From assembly GCA_035221665.1 (NCBI GenBank), contig CM069151.1, forward strand, positions 37,820,001 to 37,884,000: a stretch of DNA of 64,000 bases. The letters run 5' to 3'. Under the pieces are notes generated by a model. The model was not told the origin of the DNA and searched no databases. It worked only from the letters and a program-made list of their open reading frames with translations. Shown one piece after another: positions 1 to 13,944 of this stretch. The translations under genes and the position numbers were made by a program. Source of the stretch: Okamejei kenojei. Lineage: Eukaryota. The stretch's first letter is position 1, and the number at the start of each line of letters is the position of its first letter.

Positions 1-1374
1 CTGTAAGCTTCACCCTCATTGTTCATCCCAATGAAAAAACTGTAGTCTGGATAAACAATTTCAGTCGAGTCATAGAGACTTAGTACACAAAAAGTGGCCC
101 TTCAGCTCAGTGATTCTGCATTCACCATCAACCACCTATTGCTGCTTTCCTTTCTAACTCAAAACAGCCATTCTAATTGCCGATTAATTTATAATACAAA
201 TACAGCTTTGGGGGCAAATAAATGTGGATGTCAACAATTGCATGAAATGAAACGTGTTGTCCTTAGGGGGACAAAAAATCCAGTAACTTTTCAGATTTTG
301 GAGGCCTCTTGTTTTCATTGACTTGGGCAGATTTACATGAGTACATTCTGGAAATTATGTACAACTGTTAGAGATAAAAATTTTGAAACCTCATGAGTGA
401 AGAACTTAGAAAAATAAGGAAATTAAAACAAAAACTATTGATAAATTTATTTAAGAACATGGTTTTGTAATATATTGTCTAGAAGCTTATTTCTACACCC
501 TCATGATGAAACACAAAATGTTGAATTTGTTTGTTAATTTGATTATCCATAATAAAATATTACAGTGAAATGTTTCCTTTTACAGTGCGATTGTACATTA
601 TGCAATCTAGCTTTACTTTTTTCATGATAAAAACATAAGAATGTGAAAGAAGGTCAAAAAGTGTTATATTTAATAATATAAAAAGAGATTAAGATTGAGC
701 ATGTTAGCTTGCGTTAAAAAATACAAATGGTAATCCAAAATATAAACAGAGAATGCTGGAAACATGGAGCAATCCAGACAGCATCTGTGCAAAGACCTAC
801 CTGACCCGCTGAATATTTCAAGTCTTTTTGGTTTTTATTTCTATCATTGAGTTTTTATACTGAGCAAAATGAGACTCTTCTTAAGACCAATATTAACCTT
901 GAGAATGCTCAGGTCAGAAATAGCGCGGTTAAAATATGAACAAAGGCCTATTTACATTTCCCAAAATAGACTTTTTATTCAACGTCTGAAGTGCGTGCCA
1001 GAGTACAAAATTATTCAAATTAGCTCCACAGATACAGGAAGTAAGGTTCAATTTCACTTTACCTATTCTCTGTCAATATATAAAGGTACCTTTTGTCCCA
1101 TAAATCTCATATATACATATCCACATACACAAATATGCACCAATACAAATATACACAAATATAGCCCATCCAACTAGGCTGGTTTTGAGGGCCATTTCTC
1201 CCAAAAGTGAATGACAATAACTGTCTCATTTGAACCAGCCAATTCTACCATGAGTCAATTTCTCACTATTTATTCTTGTTCCATTGGTTTGTAAATAGAA
1301 CAAAACCAAATTCACCAGATTTTGAAAGTGACCTTTCAGGCATATCTTTTGTTTTGTTTAGTTTGGATGCAGAA

Positions 1375-1578
1375 CGTAAGGCCAGCGTAACCTACAAACC
1401 TGTACGTATTTTGGAGTGTGGGAGGAAACTGAAGATCTAGGAGAAAACCCACGCAGGTCACGGGGGGAACATACAAACTCCGTACAGACAGCACCCGTAG
1501 TCGTGATGGAACCAGGGTCTCCGCCGCTGCATTCTCTGTAAGGCAGCAACTCTGCCGCTGCGCCACCGTGACCGCCCT
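1375..1578 (-). mobile_element. tRNA-derived V-SINE (HE1-like)
   Basis: A box GGTGGCGCAGCGG, B box GGTTCCATC, and V-domain-like GGAGTTTGTATGTT...CGTGGGTTTTCTCC. Confidence 0.8.
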
Positions 1579-1664
1579 AAATCTAGATCAAGCATCTTTG
1601 ACAAAGCTTCATCAAAAGCTATTCTTGTTAGTTAGGAGATGAGGGAAGGTCTGATTGATGTAAT

Positions 1665-2145
1665 TAGAACATAGAAAAATACAGCACAGGAGCAAGCCCT
1701 TTGGCCCACAATGTCTATGCCGAACATTATGCCAGGATAAACTAATCTCATCACTGCACATGATGGATATTCCTCCATTCTTTGTATATCCAAGTGCCGA
1801 TCTAAAAGCCTCTTAAATGCCACTATCACATCTGCCATCAATACCACCCAGTGCAAAAAACTTGCCCCGTGCATCTCGATTAAACTTTGCCCTTCTTTCC
1901 TTAAAGCTATGCCCTCTACTCTTTGACATTTCCACCCTGGGAAAAAGGTTCTGATTGTCTCCCCTATCTATGTCTCTCATAATTTAAGATACTTCTGTCA
2001 GGTCTCCCTCCACCTCCAGCATTCCAGAGAAACTAATCCACCTCCTTGTAGTTAATGCCCCCTAAACTAGGCAGCATCTGCACTCTTTCCAGAGCTTCAA
2101 CATCATCCCTGTAATGGCACGAGCAGATGTACATGCACTACTCCA
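1665..2145 (-). mobile_element. degenerate CR1-type LINE 3' end
   Basis: AFKRLLDRHLD motif and a CR1-type 3' UTR. Confidence 0.7.
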
Positions 2146-4529
2146 ATTAAAATATGAAATACAGATAAACCTTTTTCCCCTCAAGGTGAAATTAAGGTGA
2201 CATAACTGTTCCATTAGAGCATGGGTTCAGGAAAAGGAAAGTAGATTAAGCACATAAAGCAGGTTGTCTTTTCTTGTCCCCCCCCCCCCCTCACCTTCCT
2301 ACTCCCAAAGCGAGAATTAAAATGTCAAAGTTGAAATTAAGGGATTTTTTTTGGATAATAGAATAATGGGGTAGCAGTAAAAATTAAATTATAAATTTAA
2401 TAGAATGGCTTGATGGGCTGAAAGGCGTCCTCACATTTCTTTGCCAAGAACGTATAGTGTCTGAGAGCAATTCCTTTAGCACCTCACAAAGTCACAGTGT
2501 ATTTGGAAAATGTCACTCATAATCCTCAAAGGGTTTGTTTCACAGATGTGTCAGTAGCTTGAAGCTTCAGGCTGTGATACATAACACATTGCTTGTGTAT
2601 GCTCAGCTCTGCTGAGTTCCTCTATGATTATAATTCTAATCATTTCACAGTGATTGTCCCAGTTATTAATGGAACACTGGTTAATATTATCCTCTTAGAA
2701 CAAGGCTCGTAATCTGTCAGGGCAGATGGCCTCACACGACAGATTGCTCCAACACACTCATTTGCAAAGTAATTATTAGCCTCTTATTTGTGTACCTTGA
2801 AATTCCCCCTTCATTCACCTGCTTAAAACGCTTCAGGTGTAACACATCCTTGGCACTCTGCTGACCCCAAGTGGTGACAAATATATATGGCAACTGTTTA
2901 AATCTGGCTTGGGTTCATTTAAGTATCTATGCATGTAAGTGTGCCTATGTGTAAATATAGGTGCATTTGTGAGTGCTCTATGTATGTGTGCATATATGTG
3001 TTTGTATATGCCTGTTTGCATGTATTTAACTGACAGCGTTGTTGAACTATTGCATTTTATGTGCCTGTAAAGCTGCAGCAAGTACAAATTTCATTGCCCC
3101 AGTCCTGGTTCATGTAATGATTAAACACTCTTGTCTCTTGATATCTAATTAAATATGGTACAGTTTTTACAGTTCAGCCCCGCCAGCCTATACCAGCAAA
3201 GCATGTCCATTTCTCCAGTTCTCTTTACTTTCCTGTACTCCTCAACTTACTTTCTTTCGCATGCTCAAACTTTTTTCATTCTTTTTCCCACTATACAGTA
3301 ATTTACAGTAGACGTGTCTTTGGATAGTGGGAGGAAATTTGAGCACCCTGGGGAATATTCATATGGTTACAGCAAGAATATTCAACTCCATACAGAACGC
3401 ACTGGAAGTCATGGTTTAACCAAGCTGTGCGGCAGCAGCAACAAATATTGCAATACTCCACTGCCCTTGCCACTCCAATGTTAATAGATTTGAAAGGAAA
3501 AGGAAAACATTAACTTTTAACTCATTAGTGACTCTGACTTCATTTTTGTTTCTTAATTAGAACTCGAAGTTGGAAGCCTTGACTCATAGGAACATTTACC
3601 TGTTGTGCAGCATAAACACACAAGAAGTTCAACAGCATCCGAGCCAGAACAGTTCACTTGAAATCACTGTACACACTCCCATCGGCTATACTCTGTGGCT
3701 GCTGCATTTACAAACTGCAGAATATAGTGCAGGATCTCTGCAAGGTCATTTCTGCTCCCGTCCAGTCACTTGCACCTGTGACAAGCATGGAACTGGCATC
3801 AGTTCCAGATTTGCTTGAATTCACGTACCGTTCTGATTTTGGCATATACTGACATTCCTTCATTGTCACCGCATTGTGGGCGCTTCTGAAGCAGATTTGA
3901 AATAGAGACACATCCCCAAACCAAGAGAGTTTGAGCTTGCCAGCTTTGTTCACATCCTATTAGCAAATTAAAAATCCTGTCTTCACAAGTACTGATATAT
4001 ATACATGTAAAGTAAGTCAGCAAACTCACCTCTCCACCACACAGATGCAAGATTTCAATCACAGCTGAAATTCTCCAAGTTTCTATCACAGCTTTTGTAA
4101 AAACTCCATGAACCCATAAAAAACAATGATTCTTTGGTACTTCAATAATATCCTTTCAGTGAATCTTTATTCAGTCCAGTGGAAGTTTAGATTGTTGTGA
4201 GAAACTTTATACTTTACGGTACGGGGCTCTTTCATTTAGGGAGTGGACAATTTAATTTAGATTTTGGCCTTATTGTGTGGATCCAGATCCTACCCAATGT
4301 ACTCAAGGGATTGAGTACACTGCACTCAAGGCAAAGTGGATTGTGACCTTAAACTGTGTATCTATTTTCCATTTAGTGAGCATTGACCTGATCCTGTGGT
4401 CCTTTAACCCATGAGGCTTGACTCTAACCTGTGGTGTATGCTGGCAGCCTGCGGACCTTTCCGTTCTCCTGTGAACCATAACAGATGTTGTGGATTTTGA
4501 CTCCATACAATGGATCTTTCTCCTGCCCT

Positions 4530-4634
4530 ATGGAACCTCACACCATCCTTTATTTTGTCCAAGTCTTGCTGTTCTCAACACTAATATGTGCTTTGGTTGT
4601 TGATCAAGAATCAAACATTTATGCAATGGTTCAG
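4530..4634 (+). CDS. candidate first (signal peptide) exon of the CDHR5-like gene
   Basis: ATG at 4530 opens MEPHTILYFVQVLLFSTLICALVVDQESNIYAMVQ (hydrophobic core) and ends at donor CAG|GTAAAG. It ends in phase 0, so it needs a bridging exon to reach the phase-1 exon at 18999. Confidence 0.5.
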
Positions 4635-6518
4635 GTAAAGCAGTGTGTTCTCAATCCTCCACAAGGTTGCCCAAATACACGTTATACAGATACCAACATG
4701 TTTTCATATCGTTTGTAAGTTTTTATAAATTAATAATTTATAAAGGCCAAGGAGTCCATTAGCCGTTACTAGTACCGCCTCCCCTGCAGCCCCCAGCCCT
4801 CAAATCACTTTCCAAATATATTTATTGGCCAAATTATCCTCACCTAGTATGCACCTCTCCACTGAGGTATGTGCAACACGGGTTGTTGCTGTATATCTGG
4901 TGCTTCTTTACTGATTGTGTCATATGACTACTTGCTATCTGGGTTTCAGCAATGTGTTGAGAAAGTTTCAGCGCGGCAGTCTGTGAGGAGCCCTCGAAAG
5001 AAGAAAGAAACACTTTGTTTCAATTTCCGCATGTCTCATGAACATTTGCTTGCACACTCTGTATTTGGACTCCATTGGATGTATGGAAGCAAAAGAATAC
5101 AATTACTAGATCCAGATCCCCCTTTCTCCCATATCTCACCTCTGTATCAAATTGCTTGATCCCAACGCCACCAAACCCTTTGATCTCATCTCCCCCTATG
5201 CATTCCTTTGTCCACTCTCAGTTAATGCTCCCACATCTCCAACATAATCCTTCAATCCTCCACTCCACCATGCATACCAATCCCCCCTCCCCACACATCC
5301 TAAAAGCACCTCCCACGCTAACTAAAGATCTTCCTCATCTCACTTCAAACCTCACTTGTTTCTCAGTCAAGGGTAGGAAATCTGAAGCAAGAAATGGACA
5401 TGCTCCAAAATAAACACTTCTAACCCTTGTTCTTAAGTGAACTGGAATACAGACAGCATAGTTGCAACCCAAATATAGAAGAAGAGATGAGACAGATGGT
5501 TGCAAATAATGAAACACTCAGCAGGTTATGCAGATCTGTGGAAAGGAAAGCAGACTTAATGTTTCGGGTCAAAACTGGGAATTTGAGAAAACAAGTTGCT
5601 TTTTAGTGGATGAATGCATGAAGGGAATATTTATGATAAGGTAAAGCCAAGATTGCAGTGGCAAAAAGTGATTAATGTTGCCAACTGGTTGATAGATTAA
5701 TGAGGGAAATTAAGAGAAAATATACAAATAAAAGAACGTTTAAGGTCTGTTAAATGCAGATCTAAGCTGTAGGAAATGCCCAGCAGATCAGGCAGTACAA
5801 ATGGAGAGACAAGTTTGAATTAATATTATAAATGCTTCATGTTGTAGTCTGAGAACAGTCGGCAATAGTGTATTTGGTTTTGAAGACACAAGAGATTACA
5901 GAGGATGGAATCGACAGCAAAATACAAACCACTGGAGGAACTCACCGGGTCAGGCAGCATCTGTGGAAGGTAATGACAGATGATGCTTCAGGTCGTATCC
6001 TTTTTGAATAATCATTGTTTATTTGGTTTTGATGCCTCTCGCTCAATTTAAACTTGGAGCAAGTTTTCCCTTGCTCAAACCTGATTATAATTTAACGAAA
6101 AGGTCAATGTGAGCTGGAAACGATGTTGCTGGATTTGAAACCATCTGGAATGACGTCAAAGATTAACATCCTCCACCACATCAAATCCTCTTATAGCACA
6201 TCAGCTGAGGTTAAATCAAGCAATGTTGTCTAATCACCTGTGTGATCCCATAACATAACTGGCTCACAAATTAAGATTCATTGTATATATTTTTGTCAGT
6301 ACTAAGGACTTTATTTTAGTCGAAAATCAATTGTAAATTGTGATCTGTTGAAATCACCTTACCTTTATAACAGAGGACAGTATGGAATGTGGGGAAATGG
6401 GGTAAGTGGGAGGAGGGTTAAACATAAGGACACTGCGATGTGACTGGTGATCATAAGCTGAACATGTCACCAGCACCTTGCCAATGGTCATCCTGCTGAC
6501 CATCTCCATAGGTACCAG

Positions 6519-6695
6519 AGTGTGTGTGTGTGTACACGCTCTATACGCAACTTGCGCACGCACAAGTGTGCATGTGTGAGTGTGCATGTACGTGTGCATG
6601 CGTGTATGTACATACGTAAGTGCGTGTATGTGTGCATGCGTGCGCATGCGTGAATGTGCTTGTACGTTGTGTGTGTGCGTGTGCACGTGCGTGTA
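6519..6695. repeat. (TG/CG/CA)n alternating purine-pyrimidine microsatellite
   Basis: gtgtgtgtgtgtacacgc...gtgcacgtgcgtgt. Confidence 0.9.
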
Positions 6696-9067
6696 GGTGA
6701 ATCATGGGGTTAGGTATACTGTGGCACTCGATCAGGTTTTTCATGTCCCTTGACATGTCCTCCTCTTCCCAAGGGAACGAGATGAGATTGTGAATTTGTA
6801 ACGGAGTTTTGGAACTTCAGCAGGGATGCTGTTTGGCCCAAATGCCTGTTTATTTTTGAATTGTCACCTGGCTTTTTTGACTTCTTAATTGTGACAGTGA
6901 AGTTGAACCATGATGTTTGCTGTGGAATGGAGGCAAGGGTGCTCACATAAAGAGCAGAATCACCATTGAGGAATTCTTCCACATGTTCATTGGACACTAT
7001 CTAATCCTGTGTCCTTGATAACTAGTTTTGTTCTTGCGTCACAATGGGCCTGTCACCTGCTCTTTAGCTCAAACGTTTTCCGGAGTCTGTTCAGCTGCAT
7101 GTTTCACCTTAAGTTGTGGTATCAGCTTCAGGTTCCCCTGATCACTTTCACTATTCTCAATCAGCTCCTATGGGCAAGCTACGCCATTTGAATTCTGAAA
7201 TGTTCTATTTCGAGTTCCATCTATGAAAGAAATTACCGAGTTGGCAGTGAACATGATTCAAAGATGTTTCCAAAGCTTGCACGACAGATTCCACAACAAC
7301 TCGGTGAATTCCTGGGCCCATGATCTCTCAAAATGGAACATTAGGAGTGGCACTGTGAAACCTGAGTTCATTTGTTAAGAAGTCGAGTCTAAATGGCAGA
7401 AAGATCGCACCACCTCCCAAACCACCCACCTGGCCACCCCATCAATCACTCCTTGTCCCACGTGGCAGAGCCTGTGGGTTTCCTCAACCACCTCAGAACC
7501 CAAAGAACAAGAATGAAAAACTTTGTCATCCTCGACAGTTGGTAACTGCTGAATCTGAATCGCTTGTGCAGTGCTGAGTCTCTTGTAGGTGGACTTTGGT
7601 ATTTTCGTTCATTGACCTTATTTGTGCAAGTAGAGTCATTAACGTTCTTGATGCACCAGGACTATATTCCTATGGGCATTTCTTTCCCTTCCCACCTCCT
7701 CTTGCTAGCAACTTGTGTTGTTCTTCAAACTTCAGGCTTTTGTAGGTCTATGTACATACATTCATAATGTGAACAGACAATCATATACATGTGCATCCAT
7801 AACCTCACAAGATTATTGGAGGGTTCACAATCCTGTCTCCCCAACTCTACCTCATTCATTTTTCATTTTTCCACATTCGCATAAATATGAGGAGGCCATT
7901 TATCTACTATGCCAGAGTAATCCAATTTCCCAGATTCTACCACTGGCTCCACTGGTTACAGTAGACAATTATACAGCTAACCAGCACGTCTTTGGGGTGT
8001 GGGAGGAAATCAGTGCATCCAAGGGAGATCAAGATAATTCAGGGAGAACGTGCAGACTCCACACAAACAGTACAGAGTTATACTGGGGCAACAAACCTAT
8101 GTTAGAACCAGCCCTTGTTAGAACCCTCCCTTTGAGTTCCACCTCTTTAACCAGGATGTTTAGCTCAGTGAAATGGAGCAACCACTCGAGCTGTGCCCGA
8201 ACATTAACTGCACAATGACCTTCAGCAATGTTCTGTTCATCTTTAAGTGGCGGTGATTAGTTGCAGCTACAGCAGATATTACACAAGCTTAGTGTGTGCA
8301 AATGCAGACACCTCTGTGTTACATGCTTACCCAATACCTGCATCTTTGCACAGGGTACACATATAAATCTTGTGTGAACAGGTTTGTGAAATTTAGAGCT
8401 AGTTTATGTGTACAGTTAAATTTCTACTCCAATTGGTTTGAAATTAAATCTTGCTGCAAAATGTAAGGCCAGATATAAATTCAAAGATAAATTGCTGCAA
8501 AATGCAAGACCAATGATAAAATCCTAGGTCAAATCTGCTACAGGTGTTTTCACCTGGACAGCTAATATGTGATTTGTTCTTTGAGCAGATAAAAATATAT
8601 CCTTTATGTTAGCAACATAACTCAATCGCATTATTGCTCTGACAATAAGTTTGAAATGGCCAACATTTTCTCCTCAAATGTTAACAAATAAAACCTTATG
8701 ATTCATCGCGCTGCAATTTAAAAGAAGTTCATGCTCCGTTTGCTTAAGCAAAATAAGTAATTGGCCTCGAAATCCATTCTCCCCTCAATAAGTATGCAAA
8801 AGTAAATCCTTTTCTACTGGCTTAATTAGACACTATTCCTGAAATCTTATCTCATTAAATGCCCTCTAAGCCCTTTCTAGGGTAGAGATTTCTCTTCCAA
8901 GCACTAGACACGTGACTATCTTACTGCAGTTGGCCCAAAAAAGCAACTTAATCTTTAAATGCTCAGCAAATGGAATCTGTGAAAGAAAAATGTCTTCCAT
9001 TTAAACATTCAAAATATTTGCTAATTGTTAAGAGCCAGGGATATCCATATGAATTTCTGCTGAAAAG

Positions 9068-9104
9068 CAAATCAACAGTGTTTCTTCAGGAGTGATAGTG
9101 AGGG
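9068..9104 (+). CDS. candidate bridging exon 2 of the CDHR5-like gene
   Basis: aaag|CAA...AGG G|GTAAGT. 37 nt, phase 0->1, QINSVSSGVIVRG. Strong donor, weak acceptor. Confidence 0.25.
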
Positions 9105-9419
9105 GTAAGTGAACTTTTGTCTGATTGCAGCAGATTGAATTTTAAAACTGGAACTGGTTTAACTCATTAATTATTTCTGATTATTGTTAATGTGAGAGTT
9201 ACATACATTATTCATTTAGCTGGCATTGTGAATTACTTTTGATGAGAATGTATTATAAACATGTAAAAAGGTATTCACGGAATCCTCAGCAACTAAAAAT
9301 GGAAATTCTAAACCAGATTCTTCTCAGTCACATTTGTCCTGCAAAACTGTTATGAACATTAGAGACTTGCGCTTCAGTATTCAACAGGAGGGTGGGGAGG
9401 AGGTGTTGTGCAAGGAAGG

Positions 9420-11820
9420 TCCCTGGAATATGCTGGTAATAACAATGTTCCTGGCTTTATTTCTGTGATCACAAAAAGATCCAGAAATGATTTGGTATTT
9501 AAACAGGTTCACAGGAGTGTGTCACATTAGAGGAGAGTCCCAGAATCTGACTATTTATGAATAGGTCCATTACACTATCATCAGTACAGGGGTTCACACA
9601 AATGTATCTATGCATGCAGGGGGGGTCCCAGAATGGAATTAATATTCACACAAGGTCCTGGGTTGTATCAGTTTGTATAGCGGGTCCTCGTGTGTATCAA
9701 CATTCACAGGGGGCCTCAGAAGTATATTTGTATTCCCAGAGGGCCCCAAGTGTGTATTCAAATATCTTAATAAGAAGATTCCATATGTGTGTCAGTATTC
9801 ACCGAGGATCTTGGAAATGTATTAGTATTCATGGATTTTCAAAAAAATATATCACTATTCACAAAGCGTCCAGGGAGAGAATCAGTATTTACAGTGTGTT
9901 TCTGGTGTAAATCAGTAATCACACAGTTTCCAAAGTCAGTTTTCACAGGCGATTTTGTGAATTTTTCAGGGAACCCTGAGGATGTATCAGCATTCACAGA
10001 TTTCCCCAAGAGTCTTTCAACATCTACGGAAGGTCCGTGAGGTATCCAAATTCATAATGGATTCTGGCCTTATATGAGTATATTACTACTCACAGAAAGT
10101 CATGGAAACATTTCCATATTCTCAGGGAGACTCAGGTGTACAACAGTATTCACAGAAGGTCCCCGGAGTATATGTCAATTAGGTACTTTCAGGATACCTC
10201 TATTTACAGTGAGTCTAAGAAGAATGGGGGTGGAGTGCCTCAATATTGTCAAGGTGTCCCAAGTGAATCAGTTCTCAGAGGCTCCCAGTATTGGTTGCGG
10301 GCTCCAGATGTGAATCGGTATTCCCAGAAGGTGCCATGTGTGTATCCATGTTCAGAGGGGGCCCTGGGAATATGTTGGTATGCAGAGGGTTCCGGTAGTA
10401 CTCACACCAGTACAGGAGGTTACTGGCATTCACAGGGATTCAGGGCAGTATCAGTCTCCACAGCAGGTTTGAGAAGAATCCCAGAAAGATATCAGCTTTC
10501 ACAGAGCATTACTGGAGTCTATCAGCATTCACAGAGGATACTAGAAGCACTTTGATATTCAAAGGGGGTCCTGGAATGAATCAGCATCTACCATGTGTCC
10601 TTGGAGAGTAATCAATATTCACAGAGGATTTTGGTATGCATCAGTTTTCACAGACCTGTATCAGTATCAGTATTCACACATGGCCCTGGGTAAGTTTGTT
10701 TTCACAACGGGTCCTTCTTGCATCAACATTCTTAAAGGGTCTCAACAGCGTATCTGTATTCACAGAAGTTCTGGAGTGTTTCTATGTCTGTGTTATTAAT
10801 GGAAAATTACAAATCACCACCAAAAACTTCAGATACAGATTAAAAATTTGCTCTTTCTCGTAAATGGGAAAAAATTAAGCAATTAAGAGAAACAACAAAT
10901 GTCAATTTTCGGCAAGAGTCCGTTATGCAGAAATTTGCAATACGGACGGTTGGATTGAAAAGCAAGCCCTCTGTAAAGCAGGGGTGTTCTGTACTCACAG
11001 AGCCTGTAACTTTATCAGTTTCTCAGGCATCTTGACCGTGTGTCAATGTTCAGAGTGCCCAGGCATGCAGAAGTACCACAGAGGAGGGAGACATGAGAGT
11101 ATTCCCAGGAGGGCGTAAGTATTCACACAGATTCCTGGGAGGGTATTAGTATTCAAAGGGAGTTCTGGGAGTGTGTCAGTGTTCACAGGAGATTGAGGAG
11201 GGTGTCTGTATTCATAGTGGGTCCTGGAAGGATGTTAGCAGGAGATCCTGGGTGGAAGTAATTCCTATTCACAGGAGTAGAGGGAAATTTCATTACATAG
11301 ACCATTGTGGATGTATGTCACCATTCAGAAAGTGCCCCAGGGGTATAAACATAGTCATAGAGGGTTCTATCATTTTTACAGAGGATCCCGGGAATTAATC
11401 AGTTTTCTCAGGCCCCAGGTGATCTCAGTATTCTCAGTACACGAGTCTTTCACAGGGTGTCTTAGGAGTGTATTTGCATCACAGTAGATCAGTACAGGAG
11501 GTTACCGGCATTGACACATGGTGTCAATATTCATAGAGGTCCCGATATTTCCATCAGTTTTCACGCAGAGTCCCAGGACTGCACCCAGATTCAGTGTCAT
11601 GGCTGCTTATCTGTGTTCAGCAAGAGTCTGGAAGAATATTGGTATTTACAGTGTGACCCCTCCCCCAGTGTGTATTAAGACCTGTGCAACCAGTGAATAC
11701 TGATACCCGGCCAGAGTAGCTGTGAATATTAATATACCTACAAGAAACACCATGAATACTGATAAAGCTGTGGGTCACTTTGTGAAAGTAGATACTCTCG
11801 GGGAACCACTGTGAATGTGA
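9420..11820. repeat. degenerate minisatellite of about 30 bp (core TCAGTATTCACAG)
   Basis: Core recurs at about 9792, 9822, 9852, 9882 and 9912, and onward; the last units (11690-11815) are inverted. Confidence 0.8.
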
Positions 11821-12588
11821 GGAATGAAGAGAAGCTTCAGCGGTGCTTATTCCATACGATACGATAGAAGTTTATTTATCCCAGGAGGGAAGTTGATCTG
11901 CGAACAGTTATAAAATCACAAAATACATGTAACATGAAATTAAAGTGACGAGTGGGAAGGATTGACGATGTGCGAAGATTGGGGGGGTGAGGGGAAGGGG
12001 AGTCAGTCTCAGTCTACCCCACGACAGAAGGAGGAGGAGTTGTACAGTTACGACAGAAGGGGAAGAGCTGTACAGTGATGTGTACATTCTGAACAGGAAT
12101 TTTACGATGGAGCACATGGAGAAAAACACAGAGGTTGCTCCGAAAGAGCCCGCCTGGCACAAGTTTAACATGACAGCATTTACCCTCCGCAGTTACTCGC
12201 CTCACAATTTGTAAATGCCTTTTTCTGATGCATTATCAACAAACATCAGCCATCTTCCACCTGGAGTCATTGCACCCTGTAATGCAAAGAGCCCATTCAG
12301 CCCATTATATCTGGGCCAGCCCTTTGAACAACACTTATTTGTCCCATCCCTCAGTTCTTCCATATAAATGCACAAATTATTCCTTTTAAGTCCCATCCTT
12401 TTGATTCGTGCAACATTTTAATTCTCCAATGTTCCGCAGAGAAATGCATAAAGTTTACTGCACAATGACTCAACACAATTGCATTGCCTTAATGTCCACC
12501 CTCACTTCCCATTCTGACCACACATCACTGTCCACTCACATTGCCCATCCATCACTGTTCACCCTTACTTTCCATTCTGATCATCCAT

Positions 12589-13731
12589 TGTTAATCCTGG
12601 CTGAAACCGAGCAGCCATGGTACCAAAATTTAGTAAGGACTCGTGTATTGCTAGGCCATTTTGATTACGTCTGGTGTGCTCTGCAGAAATAAGACAAGCT
12701 TCTGCATGGTGCCAGTACGTCTAGGGCCCAGATCAGTGTTGCACATTCAATTGACAGATAGATGGGATTTCTGCAGAGGACATCCAAGGAAATGTAAAAT
12801 GCATGAAGTTAATTGGATAAATGCAAACTAAGTGTACATAATTGTAAATAATGTTGCGAGATAGTTACCCTGTTAATTGTTGATTAGTTGAAATGTTAAG
12901 CCCTTGTCTGGTTTGTTTGAATCCCAGGGTAAATGTTGCATTATTCAAGTTCTGTTAGCTTCTTCTGGAATCTTCTCCTGCAACAATGTAAGGGGAATTC
13001 TGTTATTGGTCTTTGTAACTGTCAATAATGTATTGTTGTAATTTGTTATGTTTGATTGGATTGTAAATAGACCACCTTTCTGTAGATTGGCTCCTCAAGG
13101 TTCGGACACCTATAAAAGGCAGCCCCCACGAGGTCCTTTGTCGATCTTCTGGAAGAGCGCTTGGGACCGCGTGATCTTTTGGAGTGTTTCTGCTTGCACG
13201 AGGCTGAAGGGCTTGACCAGGCAGATAGAAACATAGAAACATAGAAAATAGGTGCAGGAGTAGGCCATTCGGCCCTTCGAGCCTGCACCGCCATTCAATA
13301 TGATCATGGCTGATCATCCAACTCAGTATCCTGTACCTGCCTTCTCTCCATACCCCCTGATCCCTTTAGCCACAAGGGCCACATCTAACTCCCTCTTAAA
13401 TATAGCCAATGAACTGGCCTCAACTACCTTCTGTTACAGAGAATTCCAGAGATTCACCACTCTCTGTGTGAAAAATGTTTTCCTCATCTCGGTCCTAAAG
13501 GAATTCCCCCTTATCCTTAGACTGTGACCCCTTGTTCTGGACCTCCCCAACATCGGGAACAATCTTCCTGCATGTAGCCTATCAGGTACAAGGATCGAAC
13601 CTGCAGTGGTTTAGGTATCGTATAGGTAATTTGTTCTGCTATCCAACAATAAAGACTAGTTGTTCCAGTGCTTGAATCAGTGGTTTATTGACTGAACTAG
13701 ACTGGGGGAAGCTTAGAAGAGCTCATTTACA
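12589..13731 (+). mobile_element. solo LTR interrupted by a CR1 fragment
   Basis: CCAT|TGTTAA...TTTACA|CCAT (4-bp TSD); TATAAAA at 13111; AATAAA near 13648. Confidence 0.75.
13225..13582 (-). mobile_element. CR1-type LINE 3' end
   Basis: (ATAGAAAC)n tail; antisense encodes the TQRVVNLWNSL-type ORF2 end. Confidence 0.88.
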
Positions 13732-13944
13732 CCATCACTGTCACCTTCACAACCCGTCCCTCACTGCCTACCCTTACTGTCCATTCTGACCATCCATTAT
13801 TGTCCACCCTTACTGTCCATTCATCATTGTCCACTCTGACTATCCATCACTGTTCAACCTCAGTGCTCACCCTGACTGGCAGTCCTTACTGTCTGCCCAA
13901 ATGCCCTCCGAAGCTAGACCTCTCTGTCTGTGTCATTCATAGTA

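Noticed and set aside
1375-1578. tRNA gene
   Set aside because: The A/B boxes belong to a SINE head; there is no cloverleaf and it continues into SINE body sequence.
6354-6756. His/Thr-rich ORFs
   Set aside because: Translation of the (TG)n microsatellite.
9420-11820. CRISPR-like repeat/spacer array, or coding ORFs in the array
   Set aside because: Vertebrate DNA with no cas genes; the cores are degenerate and the 'spacers' are homologous to each other; the ORFs are by-products of the repeat.
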